DNA of 64,000 nt from Thainema sp. (GTDB taxonomy: Bacteria > Cyanobacteriota > Cyanobacteriia > Phormidesmidales > Phormidesmidaceae). Position numbers and translations under genes: made by a program. The notes beneath the pieces were generated by a model that had not been told where the DNA came from, did not search any database, and saw only the letters and a list, made by a program, of their open reading frames with translations. Positions 21,293 to 31,368 of the stretch are shown piece after piece. How positions within the stretch are numbered: position 1 is the first letter of the stretch; each line of letters begins with the position of its first letter. The stretch spans positions 1 through 64,000 of the forward strand of contig JBQLZK010000026.1 of NCBI GenBank assembly GCA_052168235.1, given 5' to 3'.

Positions 21293-23374
21293 ATGGCGCT
21301 TCAGTCAGCGAGTCAGCTTGTACGGTCGGCATGGAGCAAACTGAAGCAAACTGTCTTTCCTCGCAATGCGTTAGGAATTCAGGGCGTTTTAGTAGCCGCG
21401 ATTCTGATTACGGGTGGAACATGGGCCGTTCGCTACTGGGATGGACTACAGGCATTAGAACTCAAAGTTTACGATCGATTTATGCGGGTGCGATCGCAAC
21501 TGGAGCCCGACCACCGCATCTTAATCGTCGGGATTACGGAAGTTGATCTGCGACGATTCCAGCGCTCAACCCTTTCGGATAAAGATCTAGCCCAAGTTCT
21601 TCAGCTCATTCAGCGGCAGCAGCCTGCCGTGATTGGCTTAGACCTCTACCGCGATGTGCCTCAACATGTTGGTTTATCGGAACTCCGACCTCAATTGCAG
21701 GCCGAGAACCTGATTGCGATTACGCTGATCGGTGACGATGAAAATACAAGCGTGCCGCCACCGCCCAATGTGCCCGAGGAGCGGGTAGGGTTCAATGATT
21801 TAATCAATGATTCAGATGGGGTTGTGCGACGCAATTTGCTGTTTGGTGCAACGCCGGACGGTACAGTTTATTACTCATTTAGTCTGAGAGTTGCGATCGC
21901 ATATTTAGCTCAGCAAAACATCCTACCCAAGCCCAGTGACCAGAATCCAGAATATCTCCAGCTTGGAGCAGCCACGTTTGAACCGCTGAAGCAGAATTCC
22001 GGCGCGTATAAAACGGTGGATGACGCTGGCTATCAGATTTTACTCAACTATCGAGCCGATACCGCACCTGCTCGCATTGTGTCGGTATCCGATATTCTGA
22101 CTCGCAAGGTGCCTCCGGAATGGATCGAAGACCAAATTGTACTGATTGGCACAGTTGCACCCAGCAGCAAAGACCTCTTCTTCACACCCTATTCCGCTGG
22201 TAATTCAGTGGAATCCAAAATGGCCGGTATCAACGTCCATGCCCAAATGGTAAGCCAGTTCTTGGATGCGGCTACGGGTGAGCGTGATCTGTTTACATAC
22301 TGGCCGGAATGGGCAGAGTTCGGCTGGATGCTGGCCTGGGCTCTGCTGGGCGGTACAGTCGCTTGGCAAATTCGCCATACGCTGGTGCTGATTGGCGTGG
22401 CGGCAGTGACAGCGGGTGGGCTAGTTCTAGTTAGTTACGGCATTTTTCAGCAGGGCGTCTGGATTCCGGTTGTGGCTCCTCTGATTGCAATGGGGGCAAC
22501 CGAAGCGGCAATGGTCACCTATCGGGCACAACAAGCCCAGCGACAGCAGCAGATGGTGATGACGCTACTGGGCCAAAATACCTCACCGGAAATTGCTCGC
22601 GCCCTGTGGGAAAATCGCGAAAACCTGGTTTCGGCGGGTAAATTACCCGGACAAAAGTTAACGGCCACTCTGCTGTTTTCTGACCTGAAAAATTTCAGTA
22701 CGATGGCTGAACAGATGCCGCCCGAACAGCTGCTGCTCATCCTCAATCAGTACCTGGGCGAAATGACGGAGGTAGTGCAATCCAACAACGGCATTATCAA
22801 TAAGTTTACGGGGGATGGTTTACTGGCCGTTTTTGGCGTGCCCATTGAGCGGATGCAGAAAGAAGAAGTCGCGACCGATGCCCATAATGCTGTCGTGAGT
22901 GCTTTAAAGATGGGCGAACGGCTGCAAACGCTGAATCAAATTTGGCGATCGCAGAATTTACCGGAACTGCAGATGCGAGTTGGCATTTTTACGGGGCCAA
23001 TCGTAGCGGGCAGTTTGGGCGGCAAAGACCGCATGGAATATGGCGTGATTGGCGACAGCGTCAATGTAGCTTCACGGCTTGAGAGCTGCGAGAAACATCG
23101 ACATAAAGGCGTCTGCCGCATTTTGATTACCAATCACACCTTGGATTTACTCAATGCCGCTCAGTTTGTAGTCGAAGCTTGGGGCTTAATCGAATTGAAG
23201 GGACGACAGCAGCCAGTTCAGGTTTATCAGGTTCTGGATTACGCACCCTATCCCCACTGCCCTCTAGAAGAAACAGCCGATCAGAGTTTACCTGCGCAGG
23301 ATTTAACTGAAACACCCAGCGCGGCTGAATCAGCATTGAGCACCTATGACGCTCGCGATCCAGAAGTCATGTAG
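21293..23374 (+). CDS. CHASE2-domain class III adenylate/guanylate cyclase
   Basis: CHASE2 (IGLDLYRD, VGFND, D.DGVVRR), 3 TM helices, cyclase motifs FSDLKNFS, NKFTGDG, IGDSVNVASRLE. Confidence 0.92.
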   Translation: MALQSASQLVRSAWSKLKQTVFPRNALGIQGVLVAAILITGGTWAVRYWDGLQALELKVYDRFMRVRSQLEPDHRILIVGITEVDLRRFQRSTLSDKDLAQVLQLIQRQQPAVIGLDLYRDVPQHVGLSELRPQLQAENLIAITLIGDDENTSVPPPPNVPEERVGFNDLINDSDGVVRRNLLFGATPDGTVYYSFSLRVAIAYLAQQNILPKPSDQNPEYLQLGAATFEPLKQNSGAYKTVDDAGYQILLNYRADTAPARIVSVSDILTRKVPPEWIEDQIVLIGTVAPSSKDLFFTPYSAGNSVESKMAGINVHAQMVSQFLDAATGERDLFTYWPEWAEFGWMLAWALLGGTVAWQIRHTLVLIGVAAVTAGGLVLVSYGIFQQGVWIPVVAPLIAMGATEAAMVTYRAQQAQRQQQMVMTLLGQNTSPEIARALWENRENLVSAGKLPGQKLTATLLFSDLKNFSTMAEQMPPEQLLLILNQYLGEMTEVVQSNNGIINKFTGDGLLAVFGVPIERMQKEEVATDAHNAVVSALKMGERLQTLNQIWRSQNLPELQMRVGIFTGPIVAGSLGGKDRMEYGVIGDSVNVASRLESCEKHRHKGVCRILITNHTLDLLNAAQFVVEAWGLIELKGRQQPVQVYQVLDYAPYPHCPLEETADQSLPAQDLTETPSAAESALSTYDARDPEVM

Positions 23375-24428
23375 AGCTCGAGGTGGAGTCGTCAGCAACG
23401 CCCTTGTAGTGCAATAGGTTCTGTCGCTTGCGGCGAGCAATCGCCTGCAGGTCAACGCCGCGATCGGTTTCATCGACAATTTCATCCGTCAGTACTTCCA
23501 GCACGTCCTCTAGCGTGACGACACCCGATACGCCGCCATACTCATCGAGCACAATCGCTAAGTGCTCCCGGTTGGACTGAAAGGTTTTCAGCAGCCGATC
23601 GGCTCGAATCGTTTCGGGCACAAAGCGAGCCGGACGAGCCAAATCGGTAATCAGCTGCTGGCCGTCCTGCTCAATTAGCGCGGTCAGTAAATCATCTTTC
23701 AGCGCCACACCGCGCACCTGATCAATGGATTGGTCAATCACCACGATGCGGCTATGTTGTGAAGCAATAATCTCAGCCTGAGCCTCCAACAAGCTAATGT
23801 CGCCACGCAGATAGGTAAGAACGACCCGTGGCGTCATCAAATCAGCGGCAGTCACATCATTCAGGTGAAAAATCCGCTGAATCATCTCCGCTTCGTCTTC
23901 TTCGATGATGCCCTCTTGCCGACCCAATTTGGCGAGAAATCGAATTTCGGCTTCGTTGGTAATCGGCATCTTTTGACCGTGAGTGAACGGCGACATGATG
24001 GTTTCAATCAGCCAAACGATGGGGCCAAACACTAAGCTCAAGGTTTGCAGCGGTTGAGCCGCTACCAGAGCAATGACTTCCGCATTTTGTTCTCCCAGTG
24101 TTTTCGGCAGGATCTCGCCCAGGATAATAATCAAAAATGTGAAAACACCAGAAACAACCCCTAACCAAGCATCTCCCAGGACTGAGGCTGTCACCTGCCC
24201 CACAATAATACTGCCGATGATGTTGAAAATATTGTTGAGGATAACAATCGTGGCAATGGGGCGGTTAATATTCTCGCGAATCTTCAAAAGTGCGATCGCA
24301 GTTCGCTGTCCCGACTGAGCCAGTTGACGCACCCGCAGAACGGGCACCGACAAAATAGCGGTTTCAGTCCCCGAACAAATGGCTGATCCCAAAATAACGA
24401 CTAGAATGACGAAAACAATTTGCAGCAT
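23367..24428 (-). CDS. CNNM/CorB-HlyC family protein (DUF21 + CBS pair)
   Basis: SGTETA, GEILPK, MTPR, HSRI, DEYGG..G.VTLEDVLE. Confidence 0.9.
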   Translation of the reverse strand: MLQIVFVILVVILGSAICSGTETAILSVPVLRVRQLAQSGQRTAIALLKIRENINRPIATIVILNNIFNIIGSIIVGQVTASVLGDAWLGVVSGVFTFLIIILGEILPKTLGEQNAEVIALVAAQPLQTLSLVFGPIVWLIETIMSPFTHGQKMPITNEAEIRFLAKLGRQEGIIEEDEAEMIQRIFHLNDVTAADLMTPRVVLTYLRGDISLLEAQAEIIASQHSRIVVIDQSIDQVRGVALKDDLLTALIEQDGQQLITDLARPARFVPETIRADRLLKTFQSNREHLAIVLDEYGGVSGVVTLEDVLEVLTDEIVDETDRGVDLQAIARRKRQNLLHYKGVADDSTSSST

Positions 24429-24521
24429 GAACGATATTAACGACCCATAGAATCCCCTTTGACCATCACAGCAGAACTGCTTCCGGTTTGCCTGAATCGT
24501 TCACGTATTGTCACCTGTTGC

Positions 24522-25793
24522 CTACTCGTCAAGCCAGTCGTCCCAGTCTTCTTCATTTGCTAGATTATCGATATCGTAGCGGAGTTCTTGCAGGGCTTGA
24601 TTTTGCGATTTGCGGGACGTGCGGCGATATTTTTTGGGGGAGAGCTTTGGCTCATGCTGGAGCTGGCCGGACTGACTGTTTTTGACTTTGACCGTTGATT
24701 CCTGATCCGCTCGCTGCTCTAAACTCTGCTGATATGCGATCGCATCGTCTAAAAAAGCCAAATAGTGCTCGTAGCGCTCCCAATCGTCCGAAAGGGCACA
24801 GTTGGGTTCGTCTCGATGCAAACAATCACTAAATTGACAAGATTGATCGGTTAGCTGCTGCCGTGCTTCTGGAAAATAACTCACCAGTTCCCGTGGCATA
24901 CACTGCAAATCGGGTTGATTAAATCCCGGTGTATCGGCGAGCAATCCACCATCTGGTAGCTCAAATAGCTCCACATGGCGCGTCGTATGGCGACCTCGTC
25001 CCAATTTGCCTGACACACGTCCCGTGCGCAGGTCGGCTTCAGGAATCAACCGATTAATTAAGCTCGACTTGCCTACTCCAGATGGCCCCGATATGACCGT
25101 CACGTGCTGCTTGAGCTGGTCAGTCAGCTGAGTGAGTCCTTCTTCTGTGCTGGCACTGACAAATAAGGGAGCATAGCCCCACTGTTCCAGCCGATTACGC
25201 CACTCCTGCCGCTGTTCGGTGGAAGCCAAATCGCACTTATTGAGGCAGATTTGCACGGTCAGCTGGGTTGTTTCCGCCTTGACGAGAAATCGGCTCAACT
25301 GCCACGGCTCCGGTGGCGGTTCATCCAAGGCAAATACCAGCAGAATTTGGTCGGCATTGGCAACTGGGGGACGATCTAGCTCTGTTGTGCGAGGATGCAC
25401 AACTGCGATCGCACCTCGTTCTCCTTCCCAATCCGGCTCTTCGACAGTGACGCGGTCACCGACCATGACCTGCTGACCGATTTTCTTCAGCAGTGTCCGG
25501 CGGGTACACAGCAGCATCGTCGGTTGATCAGGAACCATAGACAAATCTGCTACTGCCGGATCTAAGCGAACCCAGTAGTAATTGGCCTGTACAGCTAAAA
25601 CAGTGCCGATTAGATCCGTTGCGGCTTGCGTCGGGTCACTATCGGACGTATCGCTCGCAGGTGTGACGGGTAGAGGGGGTAAGTTGCGATCGCAATTCTG
25701 ATCTCCATTATCGCCAGCATGGCCCTGACCAGCCGATGAATTGGAGTCAGCCTGCGAGTTAAACTGCGTGTAGCTCGGCATCATACCGGGCAA
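24522..25793 (-). CDS. rsgA: Small ribosomal subunit biogenesis GTPase RsgA
   Basis: Circularly permuted GTPase NKCD / GPSGVGKSS / GRHTT / DTPG plus Zn site CQFSDCLHRDEPNC; true start may be downstream. Confidence 0.95.
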   Translation of the reverse strand: MPGMMPSYTQFNSQADSNSSAGQGHAGDNGDQNCDRNLPPLPVTPASDTSDSDPTQAATDLIGTVLAVQANYYWVRLDPAVADLSMVPDQPTMLLCTRRTLLKKIGQQVMVGDRVTVEEPDWEGERGAIAVVHPRTTELDRPPVANADQILLVFALDEPPPEPWQLSRFLVKAETTQLTVQICLNKCDLASTEQRQEWRNRLEQWGYAPLFVSASTEEGLTQLTDQLKQHVTVISGPSGVGKSSLINRLIPEADLRTGRVSGKLGRGRHTTRHVELFELPDGGLLADTPGFNQPDLQCMPRELVSYFPEARQQLTDQSCQFSDCLHRDEPNCALSDDWERYEHYLAFLDDAIAYQQSLEQRADQESTVKVKNSQSGQLQHEPKLSPKKYRRTSRKSQNQALQELRYDIDNLANEEDWDDWLDE

Positions 25794-26044
25794 CGGACGT
25801 GCAGGACAAAGTAGCCCGTTTGCTCATCCAGGCGCTCAATACTGTAACCTTCCATCTTGAGGCTATCAGGCACCTGCTCAATTGGTTCGCCGGGATCCAG
25901 CCAGACTTCCAACAGTGAACCCGGTGACAATTGTTCTAAGCGCAGTTTGGTGCGCACAAAATTAATTGGGCAGGGTGTGCCGCGCAGATCAAGCTGATCG
26001 TCTGGAGCCTTCGCGGCAGAATTACCAGCAGAGGGTGAAATCAT
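25781..26044 (-). CDS. TusA/SirA-family sulfurtransferase
   Basis: LDLRGTPCP motif, 87 aa, between dnaJ and rsgA. Confidence 0.88.
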   Translation of the reverse strand: MISPSAGNSAAKAPDDQLDLRGTPCPINFVRTKLRLEQLSPGSLLEVWLDPGEPIEQVPDSLKMEGYSIERLDEQTGYFVLHVRCPV

Positions 26045-26059
26045 GATGTAAATGCAGCC

Positions 26060-27199
26060 TTATCCACGAAATAAATCGCCTAAAAAGCCAAGATGGCCTT
26101 TCCCCACTCGATCACCCCGCAGCTTGGCTAATTTTTCGAGCAGCTCACGTTCTTCGGATGAAATACGGTTGGGAATTTCGACGTTAACAGTGATGCGATG
26201 ATCGCCTCGGCTAACCGGATTGCCCAAACGAGGAACGCCTCGGTTTTCTAAGGTTAGTATCGTGCCAGGTTGGGTTCCGGATGGCACCTGTAGTTCTTCT
26301 TTGCCATCGACGGTTTCAACTTCCATCCGACAGCCTAAAATGGCCTGCAGATAACTAATATCAACCTCTGAGAGGATATCAATGCCGTCTCGCTGGAAGG
26401 TGGAATCGCTGTTAACAAATAGATAAACGTATAGATCTCCCGGTGGGCCACCCCGCTTACCCGCGTCACCTTCGCTGGCGACTCGCAAACGGGTGCCGTT
26501 GTCCACACCCGCTGGAATGGTGATTTTCAGGCGCTTCGTCCGCTGTACCTGCCCGCTACCGTGACAGGTTTCGCATTTCTCTTCAATCACCTGACCGCTA
26601 CCCGTACAGGTCGGACAAACTGAAACTTGAGTAAAACTACCAAACGGCGTACGAGCGGCCCGTCTAACTTGACCAGAGCCGCCACAGGTTGTGCAGGCCC
26701 GTGGGCGAGTGCCAGGTTTTGCGCCCGAACCATCACAGGTATTACAGCTCTCCAAGTGATTAATTGGAATTTCTTTATCACCGCCAAATACGGCTTCTTT
26801 AAAGTCAAGCTTCAGATCAAGCCGCAGATCTTCACCCCGTACTGGGCCACTGCGCCGTCGTGCTGATGTACCCGCACCTGCACTGCCACCTGCAAAACCG
26901 CTGAAGAAACTTTCAAAGATATCTGCGAAACCGCCCATGTCGCCAAAGTCGCTAAATCCAGCGCCAGCGCTAGCAGCGGAACCAACGCCTGCCTCGCCGA
27001 AGCGGTCATAGCGCGATCGCATTTCGGGTTCAGATAGAACTTCGTAGGCCCGATTAATCTCTTTAAACGTCTCCTCCGCCCCATCCTCTTTGTTGACATC
27101 TGGATGATACTTCCGAGCTAAGCGGCGATAGGCACGCTTGATTTCATCTTTGTCAGCATCCCGAGAAACGCCAAGCAGTTCGTAGTAATCACGGGCCAT
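26060..27199 (-). CDS. dnaJ: Class A DnaJ chaperone
   Basis: J domain with HPD, G/F region, four CxxCxGxG repeats, C-terminal domains. Confidence 0.97.
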   Translation of the reverse strand: MARDYYELLGVSRDADKDEIKRAYRRLARKYHPDVNKEDGAEETFKEINRAYEVLSEPEMRSRYDRFGEAGVGSAASAGAGFSDFGDMGGFADIFESFFSGFAGGSAGAGTSARRRSGPVRGEDLRLDLKLDFKEAVFGGDKEIPINHLESCNTCDGSGAKPGTRPRACTTCGGSGQVRRAARTPFGSFTQVSVCPTCTGSGQVIEEKCETCHGSGQVQRTKRLKITIPAGVDNGTRLRVASEGDAGKRGGPPGDLYVYLFVNSDSTFQRDGIDILSEVDISYLQAILGCRMEVETVDGKEELQVPSGTQPGTILTLENRGVPRLGNPVSRGDHRITVNVEIPNRISSEERELLEKLAKLRGDRVGKGHLGFLGDLFRG

Positions 27200-27363
27200 A
27201 GAGCAGCAGTATTAAGGGCTAGGATTTACAACAGTCAATTACAACAATGAGTCAGACAACCAATCCGGCAATTACAGATTGATTAGCCTGCTAAGAGTCT
27301 AGGATAGCGAGAATGGTGACGTTCAAGAAAGCCCCAACAGATGGTGGAAACCGAACCTCGACC

Positions 27364-29325
27364 TTAGTCGATGGCCTCGTAGTCGGCTGTTACCGTCGCA
27401 TCATTTGAGAAATCGTAATCATCATCATCGGGATCAGGGACATCATCGGGATGAATACTATCTGATGCCACCTCGGTCGGAGCCTCTTCAAACATTTCCC
27501 CCTCGCCCATATCGCCTGCGGACTGATAAACCGATGTGCCGACTGTCATTAGAGTCTGCTGCAGTGCATTGAGGCAGGCCTGTAAATCTTCTGGCGTCAC
27601 ATTCCGATCTGCGATCGCAGCCCGCAGTTCCGAAACCCGCTCTGCGGCTAGAGCCTTTAGCTCATCACTAATGACATCAGCGTTATCCCGCATTGTGGTT
27701 TCGTAGCTGTAGAAGAGGTTGTCGGCCTGATTCTTCAGCTCAGCCACTCGAATTCGCCGCTGGTCTTCGTCGGCATAAACTTCAGCTTCCTGCCGCATCC
27801 GCTCAACCTCAGTCTGGCTCAGACCACCCGTATTGGTAATCCGGATGCTCTGCTCACGACCTGTGCCTTTATCACGAGCGGCAACCTGTAGAATCCCGTC
27901 CGCATCAATCTCGAATGCGACTTCGATTTGCGGAATCCCGCGTGGCGCTGGTGGAATCCCGGTCAACTGGAACTTACCGAGGCTCTTATTGTCTTTTGCC
28001 ATCGCCCGCTCACCTTGCAGGACGTGAATCTCAACCGACGTTTGTCCATCCGTTGCGGTCGAAAATGTTTGCGTCTTGCTAGTGGGAATTGTAGTGTTGC
28101 GCTCAATCACCTTCGTAAAGACTTCCCCAAGGGTTTCAATGCCCAACGAGAGCGGCGTCACGTCCAGCAGCAGCAGGTCTTTGACTTCTCCACCCAAAAC
28201 GCCAGCCTGGATAGCCGCACCTAATGCAACCGCTTCATCTGGATTAACGGAGCGGTCAGGCGTCTTACCGTTAAAATAGCCCGTGATCGCAGCCTGTACG
28301 GCTGGAATCCGCGTTGAACCACCAACCAAAATAATTCGATCAATGTCGTCCGTAGTTAGCTCACAGTCTTTCAGGGCTTGAGCGACAGGTTCGAGAGTGC
28401 CATCGATTAGCTCCTTAGCTAATTCCTCAAACTTGGCACGAGTCAGATCCATTTCTAGGTGCTTTGGCCCCGTTTCATCTGCTGTGATGAAAGGAAGATT
28501 AATCGGCGTGGACACCATGCTAGATAATTCAATTTTGGCTTTTTCCGCTGCTTCACGCAGTCGCTGAAGTGCCATTTTGTCGGTCGATAAGTCAACACCT
28601 TCCTGTTCCCGAAAGGCATCGATCATCCAGCGAACAATAACGTTGTCGAAATCATCTCCACCCAAGTGGTTGTTACCAGCCGTGGCCTTAACCTCGAAAA
28701 CCCCGTCTCCTAGTTGCAGCACAGATACGTCAAACGTACCACCACCCAAGTCAAACACAAGGACGGTTTGGTCTTGATCCTGCTTATCTAGACCGTAGGA
28801 GAGCGCTGCGGCTGTAGGCTCGTTGATAATCCGTAGTACTTCTAAACCCGCAATCGTTCCAGCATCTTTGGTGGCCTGTCGTTGGGCATCAGTAAAATAA
28901 GCTGGCACTGTAATTACAGCTTGAGTAGCGGTTTCTCCCAAATAACTTTCAGCATCCTGCTTCAATTTCTGCAGGATCATAGAAGAAATTTCTTGAGGAG
29001 TATAAGTTTGTCCCCGCACCTGCACATCAACGGTTTGATCTCGGCCCGTTACACAGGTGTAAGAAACGCGTGCGCGCTCTGCCTCAGTATCGTCCCACCG
29101 TCGGCCAATAAAGCGTTTAATACTGAACACAGTATTTTCTGCATTGGTAACGGCTTGCCGCTTTGCTAGCTGGCCAACGAGCCGCTCTCCAGATTTACCA
29201 AAACCGACAATACTGGGAGTTGTGCGTCCCCCTTCTGTATTTGAAATGACAACAGGTTGGCCTCCTTCGAGGACGGCGACACAGCTGTTAGTGGTTCCGA
29301 GGTCGATACCAATGACTTTTCCCAT
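27364..29325 (-). CDS. dnaK: Hsp70 chaperone DnaK
   Basis: [38 protein letters not shown]; acidic tail ending DYEAID. Confidence 0.98.
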   Translation of the reverse strand: MGKVIGIDLGTTNSCVAVLEGGQPVVISNTEGGRTTPSIVGFGKSGERLVGQLAKRQAVTNAENTVFSIKRFIGRRWDDTEAERARVSYTCVTGRDQTVDVQVRGQTYTPQEISSMILQKLKQDAESYLGETATQAVITVPAYFTDAQRQATKDAGTIAGLEVLRIINEPTAAALSYGLDKQDQDQTVLVFDLGGGTFDVSVLQLGDGVFEVKATAGNNHLGGDDFDNVIVRWMIDAFREQEGVDLSTDKMALQRLREAAEKAKIELSSMVSTPINLPFITADETGPKHLEMDLTRAKFEELAKELIDGTLEPVAQALKDCELTTDDIDRIILVGGSTRIPAVQAAITGYFNGKTPDRSVNPDEAVALGAAIQAGVLGGEVKDLLLLDVTPLSLGIETLGEVFTKVIERNTTIPTSKTQTFSTATDGQTSVEIHVLQGERAMAKDNKSLGKFQLTGIPPAPRGIPQIEVAFEIDADGILQVAARDKGTGREQSIRITNTGGLSQTEVERMRQEAEVYADEDQRRIRVAELKNQADNLFYSYETTMRDNADVISDELKALAAERVSELRAAIADRNVTPEDLQACLNALQQTLMTVGTSVYQSAGDMGEGEMFEEAPTEVASDSIHPDDVPDPDDDDYDFSNDATVTADYEAID

Positions 29326-29695
29326 AATTCAGGGGGTGAATAGCGACAGAGCTAGGAGTAGTAATCACGTTGAGAATAACTCAACTTTCTTAGGATGGAC
29401 GTGTTGAGGCCAAGGATTAACATCAGTCAACACAAAACATCCAAGTTTTTTTTCAAACAACTACCAAACAACCGTAGTTTGGTGTGAATTACAGGTATCA
29501 ATGAACTGCCATTTAGGAGCTACATTGATACCTTAATGAGTGCGATCGCAGTTATTTTTTATTATTCACAAGGGAATTCATAAATACCGGATTGCACAGC
29601 AGCATTTCTGCTACTACTTTTTTAGATGGCTAACTTCAGTACAGTTAGCCAAATTTGACTGGCCAACTAGTATAAGTTAGCCAAAAGGATACAGC

Positions 29696-30454
29696 TTATT
29701 CAGCGGCTGGTTCAGTTTCTGTTCCAGCTTCAGCTGAATTCGGTTCCATGTCTGGGTCAGGTGCAGCAGCGACCTTCACCATCGCATGCCGCAACACGCG
29801 GTCTCCAAGTAGATAACCACGCATTAATTCTTCCATCACGACGCCTTCTTCATACTCCGACGTCGGTTGGCGCATGACAGCCTCGTGAAGGTTAGGATCA
29901 AATTCTTGTCCTTCTGCCCGCATCGGGGCCACACCAATTCGCTTGAGACAATCTACTAGCTGTTTGTAGACACTCTGATAACTCTTGTGGATGGTCATTT
30001 CCCCTTCCGTCTCGGGCTTAATCTGCGATCGCGCCCGCTCAAAGTTGTCCACAACTGGCAACAGCTCCTTAATAGTGGAGCATTTAGCTTGAGTTTCCAG
30101 GCTTTGCCGCTCCCCTTGAGTGCGCCGCCGGAAATTTTCGAAGTCGGCAGCGATGCGCATATATTGCTGCGTTCGGTCTTCTAACTGGGCCTTGAGCGAC
30201 TCAATTTCTTGAGATAAACCTGCGATCGCAGCCATACTTTCTGCATCTTGGGTCGCCGTTCCTTCCGAATCAGCGGGTGCGGCTTCCTCTGCCATATCGT
30301 CTGTCAATTCTTCGACCGCAGATCGATCGACAGCAGCGGCATCTCCCTCCACAGCAGATTGATGAGCCTCTACTGGAGTAACGCCCTCGTCCCCCATTGC
30401 TGCATCCAAATTGTCCTCTTGGGCATTGTCTAGCCGAATTTCTTCATCCATCAT
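29696..30454 (-). CDS. grpE: Nucleotide exchange factor GrpE
   Basis: ADFENFRRR, LLPVVDNFERA, FDPNLHEA, RVLRHAMVKV; upstream of dnaK. Confidence 0.97.
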   Translation of the reverse strand: MMDEEIRLDNAQEDNLDAAMGDEGVTPVEAHQSAVEGDAAAVDRSAVEELTDDMAEEAAPADSEGTATQDAESMAAIAGLSQEIESLKAQLEDRTQQYMRIAADFENFRRRTQGERQSLETQAKCSTIKELLPVVDNFERARSQIKPETEGEMTIHKSYQSVYKQLVDCLKRIGVAPMRAEGQEFDPNLHEAVMRQPTSEYEEGVVMEELMRGYLLGDRVLRHAMVKVAAAPDPDMEPNSAEAGTETEPAAE

Positions 30455-30840
30455 CGTTAACTACTAACCTAATCGCGATTTACTGAGAATGTAAGTCGAT
30501 CGCTGAACTCTGACGTTCTGTTCTTTGTCATTATATTTTGCCCATGTTAAGACACATCACCTGGACACCCCAACCCAATGTCTAAATTAATGCCCGATCA
30601 GCAAATTAAAGAGGTCTGGAGAGCTGTACTAATCCTGAAGCTGCTTACCCAAACGAGCTGTGCTTTTACAACGACATGTACGACACGCTCTTTGGAAAGA
30701 TGATTCTGGAGTTTTCAAACCAGATGCTGAAAGGCCAGCTAGGCTTTCAACAGTTTGCCCAAATTTCATATATGTTTTACCTCTAAATATAGATTTTCTC
30801 TACTTGTTGAGAAGAACTGGTTGAGGAGACTGTTCATTTA

Positions 30841-30863
30841 CACCTTGACATTGCGTCAAGGTG
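30841..30863. promoter_or_regulatory. Inverted repeat, candidate operator in the grpE/pilB divergent region
   Basis: CACCTTGAC-ATTGC-GTCAAGGTG (9-bp perfect arms), overlapping a TTGACA hexamer. Confidence 0.4.
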
Positions 30864-31368
30864 CGTCACACTGAGGGCGCGAGAACCGCTTACTGCTGCA
30901 TTTGCAAGATTTATTTACAAAGCTTAACCATAATCGTTCACAGAGTCATCTCAGATCTACGCCATCCTTGTCGGAGGTTAGCCAGCTTCATCTGACCCAT
31001 CCAAGCCAAATTTTGCCTGATTTTGCTCTATGTCAACGTATGAAATTGCGAAAGTGTGGGAATACTGGAATTGTCCTATGAGATCTAAGCGATTATGCTC
31101 AGAGCCATCTCCGGATAAACATACGAAAGTTTACTAACGCCATCTCGTTTAAGTAACGATAGACTAGGCTTATTTCATTACATTGGCGTTGTCATTCATC
31201 AACACGGTCTAAATGCTCCCTATTTCATACAGAATCCACTGGTTACAACCTTCGGTTTTCAAGCTAGGCATAGCGTAGTTGAGAAATCATTCTGGTACTC
31301 TGTAGCCGGATTCAGTATCGCAGGGAATTTTGGGAATATAACTGTAATCAGGATCTTTCGCACTAGCT

